37,703 nt of DNA from sequence record SRR20825019_2184, one strand, 5' to 3'. Made by a program: the position numbers and the translations under genes. The notes under the pieces are model-generated. The model made no database searches, was not told the origin of the DNA, and was given only the letters and a program-made list of their open reading frames with translations. Positions 29,149 through 36,697 of the stretch are shown in pieces. Within the stretch, counting starts at the first letter, position 1. Each line of letters opens with the position of its first letter.

Positions 29149-31113
29149 ATGTCCCATCCCCACCTCTTCGTCACCAAAGCCCCCGTCAACGATCTTCGAT
29201 CTTTGCAGCATGTCCGCGACTCGATTACCCGCGGTCACGCCAAAATCCTTTGGGACCGCCTGCTCGAAAAAGTCACCACCGAATCACAGGAGGCCCCGTG
29301 GATCACCTCTACGCCGTTGCCTGAACGCAAACCATCCAGTGTCGCCCGATCCAATGCCGATTTCGATTTGGTCGCGCGGGTCTGCAACCGGATCATGGAT
29401 GCCAGTCTCGTCGCCCTCGTCACGGGAGAAAGACGCTGGGCCGACGCCGCGCTTCGCCAAATCGAATGTCTCTATGACCCCGAACAGTGGCCGGAATATG
29501 AGGACCAGACCCACCTCGCCCACGGCGATCACTGCAGTCTCCGCCGTGGTCAACTCGCCGTCGCCCTCGGGCTCGCCTATGATTGGCTCTACGATTTCCT
29601 CACACCGGAGCAACGTCGTTGGATTATCGATACGTTCGATCGGCGTCTGACGGATCCCTTCAAAATGGCCCTCAAAACCGGCGGCCGCTTCACCAAGATG
29701 CGTAACAATTTCGTGCCTGTCATCTACGGTGGATTCCAGATAGCGGCGATGGCGTTTGGCGACGACTACGTGGAAAGCGCCTGGCTCCATGAGATCTGCG
29801 ATCCGAAGGTCGCCGATTACCTCACCTATTTCATCGGTCCCGACGGTGAATTCGATGAGAGCGTGCAATACGCCGCCACCGTCGATGTCGTCATCAACTA
29901 CATCGTCGCCAAACAATACCACCACCAACTCGACGATCCGATCTCGGCCAATCCTCAAATCGAAGCGTTCTTCAAATGGTATATGTATTTCACGCTGCCT
30001 CCGGGCCGCGTCGTCGGATTCGGCGATCCCGCCGCCGATATGCCGCCGGTCGTCACAACCTACAGTGCGGCCGCTTCCGCTCAGAAAGACTCCGTCTTCC
30101 AGTGGTTCTACGAAAAGTATTTCGACAAGGCACCCGACACGCATCGGCGACGCTCCTTGGAGTTTCTCTACTATAATCCGGACATCCCCGCCGAAAGTCC
30201 GGATCGGAAGATGCCGCTGGGGCGTGCTTACCAAAACTGCGCCCGCCTCGTCAGTAGCCGCAGCAGTTGGGATCCCGAATCAGCCATCTCCGTCGTCTAC
30301 GGCAAAGCCACGATCGAAGGAAACCATTTCCACGCCGATTGGGGTCAGCTCTGCATCGATGGTTACGGCGAGCGACTCATTCCCGATCTCGGCTCACCTT
30401 CAGGTTATCCGAAGACTTTCCCCAAATCGCTGAACCATTTCTATTACAACTACCAGCAATGGGCACATAATCTTTTCGTCTTTGGCCAAAACGATACCGG
30501 TGGCGTTTCCCAGGCTGAGCGTGACCGCAAAGGTCACTTCATTCACACCGCCTTTGATGATCAGCACGGCGCGACTTGGTCGATCGATCTCTCCGGCGTT
30601 TATGATGACGCTCAACGCGTCACCCGCACCGTCGTGCATCTACTACCCCGCATTGCCGTCGTCATCGACGATGCTAAACTCAATTCTCCTCAACCGATCA
30701 GCCTGCGTTGGCATACCCTATCCCTCCCCGAGCTATCCCCCGATGGTAGTTTCGAAACAACGGGAAAACATGGCCAGTTAAGCGCCCGGATCGTTCGGCT
30801 TGATGGCGACGCGTCTATTCAGGTGCGCCAGCATGAATATCACGAACCCTATCATCAGGATGCTCTTGGCGATCCCTTGACCCAGCGACGCGAGCCCTTC
30901 GTCGAACTGACCACGGTGGATTCTAGCTGCCGAGTCGCCACCCTCTTTCACGTTCATGAAAGCGGCAATGAAGCCACCAGCTGGCATGAGATGCCGGACG
31001 GTTTCTCAATTGAGACCGAGGAAGGCCCTATCCAAGTCACCATCGCCGCCGACTCCCTGAATGTCCGCAATCGTCAAACCGGATCACATTGGGAAGTCCC
31101 GCTTCCCGCTTAA
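29149..31113 (+). CDS. heparinase II/III-fold protein, divergent paralog 4
   Basis: LAYDWL, NNF, GPDGEFDESVQY, GFGD, SSRSSW, VVYGKA, HFHADWGQLCID, AHN, HLLP, LRWH, QRREPFV. Colinear with paralogs 1-3 but more distant. No signal peptide. Confidence 0.8.
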   Translation: MSHPHLFVTKAPVNDLRSLQHVRDSITRGHAKILWDRLLEKVTTESQEAPWITSTPLPERKPSSVARSNADFDLVARVCNRIMDASLVALVTGERRWADAALRQIECLYDPEQWPEYEDQTHLAHGDHCSLRRGQLAVALGLAYDWLYDFLTPEQRRWIIDTFDRRLTDPFKMALKTGGRFTKMRNNFVPVIYGGFQIAAMAFGDDYVESAWLHEICDPKVADYLTYFIGPDGEFDESVQYAATVDVVINYIVAKQYHHQLDDPISANPQIEAFFKWYMYFTLPPGRVVGFGDPAADMPPVVTTYSAAASAQKDSVFQWFYEKYFDKAPDTHRRRSLEFLYYNPDIPAESPDRKMPLGRAYQNCARLVSSRSSWDPESAISVVYGKATIEGNHFHADWGQLCIDGYGERLIPDLGSPSGYPKTFPKSLNHFYYNYQQWAHNLFVFGQNDTGGVSQAERDRKGHFIHTAFDDQHGATWSIDLSGVYDDAQRVTRTVVHLLPRIAVVIDDAKLNSPQPISLRWHTLSLPELSPDGSFETTGKHGQLSARIVRLDGDASIQVRQHEYHEPYHQDALGDPLTQRREPFVELTTVDSSCRVATLFHVHESGNEATSWHEMPDGFSIETEEGPIQVTIAADSLNVRNRQTGSHWEVPLPA

Positions 31114-31153
31114 ACAACCACATTTTCCAAATAATGTGTCCGCAAATTTGTAA

Positions 31154-31165
31154 TATGTTAGACAT
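31154..31165. promoter_or_regulatory. candidate FadR/GntR operator upstream of the enolase-family gene
   Basis: TATGTTAGACAT matches TATGTCAGACA (23057) at 10 of 11 positions. AT-rich intergenic region with TGGTAATCT (extended -10-like) just downstream. Confidence 0.6.
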
Positions 31166-31245
31166 TTAAATGGTAATCTCTCATTACCTTCAATCGACAG
31201 CACGACTAACGGCACTAACAGCCACTCACTTTCAATTACTCTATT

Positions 31246-32475
31246 ATGAAAATCACCGACATTCGCATGATGCGACTCTACGGCCCCCGCGACCACGGCG
31301 TTGGCGGCGGCAAAGCCAAAATCTACAAGGTCATCATCCGCGTGGATGCTGAAAACGGCCAATACGGCCTCGGCGAATGCGACAATTTCTCCGGCGTGCG
31401 CGAGTGCATCGCCTATATGCGTCAATATTTCGTCGGCAAGAGCATCTTCTCGGCCAACGCCATCGTTTCCGAAATGCTCTACGGCACGGCAGCTCCCCAT
31501 CCGGCCGACTCCAAAACCGGCATCATGCCCGGTAACATTAACGCCGTTAAATTCTGTTCGCCCACCGCCACCCCTTGGGGTCCACCTGTCTGGGCGGCCA
31601 GTGGCGTCGATATCGCACTCTGCGATCTGATCGGGAAAGTCCTCGGCACTCCTGCCTACAATCTCCTCGGCGGCAAATTCCGCGACCAAGCCCGCGTCTA
31701 TCTCGACCGCAGCTCCCCTGACGACATCGCCGATCTCGCCGCCTGGCGAGACATGGCCAAAGAGACCGTGGGCCTCGGTTTCTCCCAGATGAAATTCGAT
31801 ATCGATTTCCTCGCCACCGACCACGTCGACGACGTCTGGAATCGAACCCTTTCGCTCAATCAACTCAACCGCATCGTCGAACGCCTCACCGCTGTGCGCG
31901 AGGCTGCCGGTCCCGATTTCGAAATCTGCGTGGATTGCCATATGCAATACAACGTGCCCGATTCCGTCCGTCTGTTGAAGATGCTCGAGCCTCTCAATCT
32001 TCTCTGGGTCGAGGATCCCACCCCGATCACCAACCCGGATTCCTGTGCCGAGATTCGCAAGAAAACCACCACCGCGATCTGTGTCGGTGAAATGTTCAAC
32101 GCTGAGCAATTCCGCCTTTTCATCGATCAGCAGGCCTGCGACATCCTGCATCCCGACGTCCTCTTCTGCGGTGGCATGCATGAAATGCGCAAGATCGCCG
32201 ACTACGCCGAACTCCATCACCTCCCGATGGCGATCCACGGCAATGGCGGCGCCCTCGCCACCATCGCCGCCGCCCATGTCGGCGCGGCCTCACGCAATTT
32301 CCTCGGCCTCGAATACCACTTCATCGAAACCCCTTGGCTCGCCCAATACGTGAAGCGCGATCTGCCGCTCTTCCGTGACGGACACGTGCCACTCGACGAC
32401 TCTCCCGGCCTCGGCATCGAACTCGACGAAGAGGTCTGCAGTAAGCACCTTGCCGAAGGTGAATCGCTGTTCTGA
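31246..32475 (+). CDS. mandelate racemase/enolase-superfamily acid-sugar dehydratase
   Basis: YGLGE, ASGVDIALCDLIGK..G.PAYNLLGG, KFD, metal ligands VDCH / VEDP / VGE, HPD, AIH, LEYH, PGLGIELDE. Confidence 0.92.
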   Translation: MKITDIRMMRLYGPRDHGVGGGKAKIYKVIIRVDAENGQYGLGECDNFSGVRECIAYMRQYFVGKSIFSANAIVSEMLYGTAAPHPADSKTGIMPGNINAVKFCSPTATPWGPPVWAASGVDIALCDLIGKVLGTPAYNLLGGKFRDQARVYLDRSSPDDIADLAAWRDMAKETVGLGFSQMKFDIDFLATDHVDDVWNRTLSLNQLNRIVERLTAVREAAGPDFEICVDCHMQYNVPDSVRLLKMLEPLNLLWVEDPTPITNPDSCAEIRKKTTTAICVGEMFNAEQFRLFIDQQACDILHPDVLFCGGMHEMRKIADYAELHHLPMAIHGNGGALATIAAAHVGAASRNFLGLEYHFIETPWLAQYVKRDLPLFRDGHVPLDDSPGLGIELDEEVCSKHLAEGESLF

Positions 32476-32523
32476 TCCATTTCCTTTTTACTCTTCACTC
32501 TTCACAATTCCCTATTCATCGCC

Positions 32524-33519
32524 ATGTCAGATCAACCTCTCCGTGTCCTGATGCTCGAACGCTTCAAGGAAGAGTTTCCCCGCCATCTCCTGCCTCCCCA
32601 CGAATTTCGCACCTTCAGCACTGAAAGTGATGAAGAGATGGCCAAGCTCATCGCCGAAACGGATGTGTTGATTTCCGGAGCCTACAAAGCCGCCTGGGCT
32701 GACCCTTCCGGACGACATCCCAAATTTATTCACTCCGTGGGCGCGGGCATCGACGGACACGATCTCGACGCCGTGCCCGAAGGCTGTCCGGTCTGCAATG
32801 TTTACGGCCACGACAAAGGTGTCGCTGAACACGCCTTCATGCTCTTCATGGCCTTGAACAAGAACCTCCCCAAGCTGGACAAATCGTTGCGTCAGGGTGA
32901 CTGGATCCTCGAACAGCCCTACCTGCCCGAAATGCGGAATCGCAATCTGCTCGTGCTCGGTCTCGGTCACATCGGGGAAAATCTCGTGCGGTGGGGTAAA
33001 TTCCTCGAAATGAAAGTTACCGGCCTCACCCGGAACTCATCCGCTGAACGAGCCGCCAAACTCGGGCTCGATGCCCACGGTAGCCTCGACGATCTCGATC
33101 AACATTTACCCGATGCCGATTTCGTCGTCATCGCGATCCCGAGTGCCAAGGAAACGGATGGTCTGTTCGGGATGGATCAGTTCCGCGTGATGAAACCGAC
33201 CTCCTTCATCGTCAACGTCGGCCGCGGTCCCGTGATCGAAGAAAAGGCCCTCTACGACGCTCTAAAATCCAAAGAAATCGCCGGAGCCGGTATCGACGTG
33301 TGGTATCAATACTATACCCCCGATCAACCGATCAAACACCCTTCGAAATACCCGGTCCATGAATTGGACAACATCATCATGACGCCGCACAAACCGACGT
33401 ATGAAACCATGGAATTCCGCTGGAAATTCGTCTGCGAAAACATCAATCGACTGGTTAAAAATGAACCCCTCGAGAACTTGGTGCACACCGGCACCAAAAA
33501 AGCCGCCTGCGCGGTGTAA
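32524..33519 (+). CDS. D-isomer-specific 2-hydroxyacid dehydrogenase family protein
   Basis: GAGID, VAEHA, GLGHIG, ADFVVIAIP, VNVGRGP, GAGIDVW, MTPH. Confidence 0.92.
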   Translation: MSDQPLRVLMLERFKEEFPRHLLPPHEFRTFSTESDEEMAKLIAETDVLISGAYKAAWADPSGRHPKFIHSVGAGIDGHDLDAVPEGCPVCNVYGHDKGVAEHAFMLFMALNKNLPKLDKSLRQGDWILEQPYLPEMRNRNLLVLGLGHIGENLVRWGKFLEMKVTGLTRNSSAERAAKLGLDAHGSLDDLDQHLPDADFVVIAIPSAKETDGLFGMDQFRVMKPTSFIVNVGRGPVIEEKALYDALKSKEIAGAGIDVWYQYYTPDQPIKHPSKYPVHELDNIIMTPHKPTYETMEFRWKFVCENINRLVKNEPLENLVHTGTKKAACAV

Positions 33520-33605
33520 TGCGTGCAAGCGACTCCTCGATTGACCCGCCATAATTTTCAGCACGCCGGTTCATTATTGGTCCTGCCTCTAACCGGAGGA
33601 TTTTG

Positions 33606-35048
33606 ATGAAAGATCAGCCCCACATCCTCTTTATTCTGACCGATCAACAGCGGGCGGATTGCATCGGGGCTGCTGGACATCCCGCCTTGCCGACCCCGCA
33701 CATGGACCGTTTGGCGGCAGAGGGCACTAGGTTCACCCAGTGCTACACCACCAGCCCCCTCTGCGTGCCCGCTCGTATGGCCATGATGACCGGGCTTTAT
33801 CCGCACAACTCCAACCATTGGCAAAACGATGCGGAGATGCCGCTCGACGCCGATACCTTTACCCGGCAGTTGCAGCAACACGGCTACCAAACCTGCGGTA
33901 TCGGCAAGCACCATCTGTATCCAATGTATCGCGACGAGCGGTTCGATCTTCGCGAATACGATGACAAATATCGAACCATCGGTTTCGACCACATTGAGGA
34001 AACCTGCGGAGTTTGGGGAATCAAGGGCTGCACCTCCGCCTATACCGATTATCTAAACGAACTCGGACTGCACCAACCCTTGGTTGACTATCTGCAAAAC
34101 CTGTCCGCCCAACCCGACGAAACGCGGCGTTTCACCGCCGAAGCATTGCCCATTCCCGCCGAGGCTTACATGGACGCCTTCATTGCCCGCCGCGTTGAAC
34201 ACTACGTGGAAAACTACCACGAATCCCAGCCCAGCTTTGTTTATGTCGGTTTCCAGGGCCCACATGAACCCTGGGATGCCCCCGACGAGTATGCCGACCG
34301 TATAGATCCAACACTGCTGCCCGATCCCATTCCCGAGCTTCCCCAAGGCGACTGGCTCCCCGAGCGCTCCCTTCGCTATCAACGCTGGGCCCAGTATTAT
34401 CCACCCAAATCCCGCTCCGACCTCGACGGCGTGCGCCAGCGCTACTGCGGAAAAATCGCCCAGATCGACGATGGCATCGGTCGCATCCTTGCCGCTTACG
34501 AACGCAAAGGCTGGCTGGAAAATACCGTCGTCATTTTCTCAAGCGACCATGGCGATATGCTCGGCGATCTGAACCGACTTTCAAAGAGCGTGTGCTATGA
34601 TTCCTCAGTGCATGTGCCTCTGATCGTGCGCATGCCCCACGCCGAACAACCCGGCTCGGAATGCTCCGCCCTGGTGGAAACCATCGACATTCATGGCACC
34701 ATTCTGGACTTGGCCGGATGCCCGATCAGCAAAGACAAGGACTGCCTGTCTCTGATGCCGTTGATCACTCGTGATACTTCCCAACTTCGCGATGACGTGC
34801 TGGCCGAGGTTCACGCCCACTACATGCTGCGCACCCGCGAATGGAAGATCGTCATCGGCCGCGACGGGCAGACCTTGCAGCTTTTCGATCTCAGTTCCGA
34901 TCCGCTGGAACAGCGGAACCTCTGCGGTCATCCGGATTACCTTCAACTGGAATTGGAGGCCCGCAGCAGGCTGCTAACACGAATCACCGCGACCACCTAC
35001 CGCCCCGGAACCGTGGATCCCGAGTTAAGCAGCCACTCACCACGTTGA
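33606..35048 (+). CDS. sulfatase (S1 type), no signal peptide
   Basis: PHILFILTDQQRAD, CVPARMAMMTG (CxPxR), IGKHHL, GPHEPW, NTVVIFSSDHGDMLGD, LFDLSSDPLE. GGAGG just upstream of ATG 33606. Confidence 0.94.
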   Translation: MKDQPHILFILTDQQRADCIGAAGHPALPTPHMDRLAAEGTRFTQCYTTSPLCVPARMAMMTGLYPHNSNHWQNDAEMPLDADTFTRQLQQHGYQTCGIGKHHLYPMYRDERFDLREYDDKYRTIGFDHIEETCGVWGIKGCTSAYTDYLNELGLHQPLVDYLQNLSAQPDETRRFTAEALPIPAEAYMDAFIARRVEHYVENYHESQPSFVYVGFQGPHEPWDAPDEYADRIDPTLLPDPIPELPQGDWLPERSLRYQRWAQYYPPKSRSDLDGVRQRYCGKIAQIDDGIGRILAAYERKGWLENTVVIFSSDHGDMLGDLNRLSKSVCYDSSVHVPLIVRMPHAEQPGSECSALVETIDIHGTILDLAGCPISKDKDCLSLMPLITRDTSQLRDDVLAEVHAHYMLRTREWKIVIGRDGQTLQLFDLSSDPLEQRNLCGHPDYLQLELEARSRLLTRITATTYRPGTVDPELSSHSPR

Positions 35049-35183
35049 GGATTACGACAATCTATCCGTAGTGAATCAATAAAGCACCACATGAATGCTC
35101 TGCGGATTCGCACCCTCCACACGAGAATCAGCCACAAACATGATGAGTTCCCCATTCTTCATCCGGTTGGCAGCTCTATTCTA

Positions 35184-35561
35184 TCACAATCTCCGAGCCT
35201 CTGCTGAGCGTTCGCTATCTCGTATGTAACCATGAAGAATATACGAAGGAACCCCAATCCCGATAAGGACACCAAGGATAGCCAACATAGATAATACTTT
35301 TCTATTCTTCAGACTCCTGCCTATCCAAAAACCACCAAACATAAAAAATGCGCCTGTGGAAGTCGCAGTAACCAATAAGAGCCCAAAACCTTCCGGGAGA
35401 TAATCTGTCCCCATAAAAATCATGGGAATAAATAATGGCAAAAGCACACAAACTCCCATCATCGTGCGAACCATAGGCTCCATGGCATCATGGTGAGCCT
35501 GACGTGCTGCAATAACAGGGTCAGAACTGATCGGTTCACCATTAGGCCTCAAAGGTTCCAT
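35184..35561 (-). CDS. low-GC orphan membrane protein (~3 TM helices)
   Basis: 125-aa ORF with three hydrophobic segments, visibly more AT-rich than its neighbours. No recognisable motif. Confidence 0.65.
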   Translation of the reverse strand: MEPLRPNGEPISSDPVIAARQAHHDAMEPMVRTMMGVCVLLPLFIPMIFMGTDYLPEGFGLLLVTATSTGAFFMFGGFWIGRSLKNRKVLSMLAILGVLIGIGVPSYILHGYIRDSERSAEARRL

Positions 35562-35618
35562 TTCTTTAGTTATGCTTTGCCAATTGGAAATGAGCTGGCC
35601 GCAACTGAAATAATTCTG

Positions 35619-35639
35619 TTTTCGTGTGTTTCGTGGTGA
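35619..35639. repeat. TTTCGTG-NN-TTTCGTGG repeat arm
   Basis: TTTTCGTGTGTTTCGTGGTGA has the same architecture as the right arm CTTTGTGCTCTTTGTGG at ~36670-36686. A partial opposite arm TCAGCCACAAACA lies at 35128-35140. Confidence 0.5.
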
Positions 35640-35655
35640 CTCAATGAATCACCAA

Positions 35656-36507
35656 TCACACCCGATAAAACGCTTCCGCGTTGGTCGCGTAGACTTTGCG
35701 GAGCTCGTCGTCGGAACAGCCGCTGAGGGCATGGTCAAGGGTGCTAACCCATCGTGGATATTTCGTTGCCTGGGCGGCCACGGGCCAATCGCCGCCGAAG
35801 ATGATCCGGTCAAAACCAAAGCACTCGACCACGTGATCGATGTAGGGACGCAGGTCATCCGGCGTCCAATTCTCCATGTCCGCTTCGGTCACGAGACCGG
35901 ACATTTTACAGACGACATTCGGTAATTCCGCAAATTCCTTCATGTGCTCACGCCACGGATCAAGCAGCTGCGCTTTGATATCCGGCTTGGCGATGTGGTT
36001 GATGATAAACGGCACCTCCGGACACTGCTGCACGAGCTTCAACGTGTTTTCCATTTGGTGATGTTTGATACAGATATCAAATGACAAGCCGTGCTCCGGC
36101 AGCGATTGCACCCCGCGCACAAAGCCGGGTTGCAAACAGAACTCCGGATCTTCCTCAAACTGGATAATCCGTCGAATCCCCTTCACCAGTGGATTCGACG
36201 CGAGCTTGGCCAGCTCCTCCTGAGCGCCATCTCCTTTTTCCAACGGTGCCCAAGCCACAATGCCTTGGATCCGATTGTCCTGCTGCGCGACCTCGGTCAC
36301 CCAATCGGCTTCCTGCTGAAACTGCGACTGCTCACATTCGCATTGGAGAAAGACCATCTTGGCCACTTCCACCGTGCCACAAGCCTGCCGATATTCATCA
36401 ATCAGATAATCGCGATTGAGCATCGGCACCGACTCCAACCACGGGTAGTTGAGACGTTGCAGGTTCCAGATGTGCAGGTGGGTATCAACAATGGGGAAGT
36501 TAGGCAT
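35656..36507 (-). CDS. amidohydrolase-family sugar lactonase (L-fucono/L-rhamnono-lactonase-like)
   Basis: IVDTHLHIW, VKGIRR, LSFDIC, INHIAKP, NVVCKMSGL, FGFDRIIFGGDWPV. Confidence 0.9.
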   Translation of the reverse strand: MPNFPIVDTHLHIWNLQRLNYPWLESVPMLNRDYLIDEYRQACGTVEVAKMVFLQCECEQSQFQQEADWVTEVAQQDNRIQGIVAWAPLEKGDGAQEELAKLASNPLVKGIRRIIQFEEDPEFCLQPGFVRGVQSLPEHGLSFDICIKHHQMENTLKLVQQCPEVPFIINHIAKPDIKAQLLDPWREHMKEFAELPNVVCKMSGLVTEADMENWTPDDLRPYIDHVVECFGFDRIIFGGDWPVAAQATKYPRWVSTLDHALSGCSDDELRKVYATNAEAFYRV

Positions 36508-36576
36508 GGCGGAATTTTGGAGTTTGGATTGGGGACTTCAACAAGCGAAGGCATTGCGGGGTTTTGAATTAATTTC

Positions 36577-36691
36577 TTTAGCCACAAAGAACGCAAAAAG
36601 CATCGGCATGCTGTCGTAGCTTTTCCGCGCGCCTATAGGCGCCTCGTGAGCTTCATTCACCGGACAATTCTTTGTGCTCTTTGTGGCTAAA
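36577..36691. repeat. 115-bp inverted-repeat element (MITE/REP-like)
   Basis: Perfect 14-bp terminal IR TTTAGCCACAAAGA / TCTTTGTGGCTAAA, imperfectly extendable to ~23 bp, with the central perfect palindrome GCGCCTATAGGCGC (36629-36642). Confidence 0.8.
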
Positions 36692-36697
36692 TCAAAA

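Noticed and set aside
29284-30234. 316-aa antisense ORF (and similar ones at 24006-24716, 25652-26203, 27937-28512, 5842-6495)
   Set aside because: Shadow frames of strongly supported genes. Their mutual similarity simply reflects the paralogy of the sense genes.
31084-32277. 397-aa antisense ORF opposite the enolase-family gene
   Set aside because: No recognisable motifs. It mirrors a well-supported gene, and long antisense frames are expected with strong GC3 codon bias.
32524-32534. ATGTCAGATCA resembling the candidate operator
   Set aside because: It is the start of the coding sequence, the right half-site is imperfect and the gene appears internal to an operon.
35160-35575. Integron cassette reading of the orphan gene (GCCAAC after the stop, GTTATGC near the start)
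   Set aside because: No complete attC palindrome, the GTT site has the wrong orientation relative to the gene, and no integrase is present.
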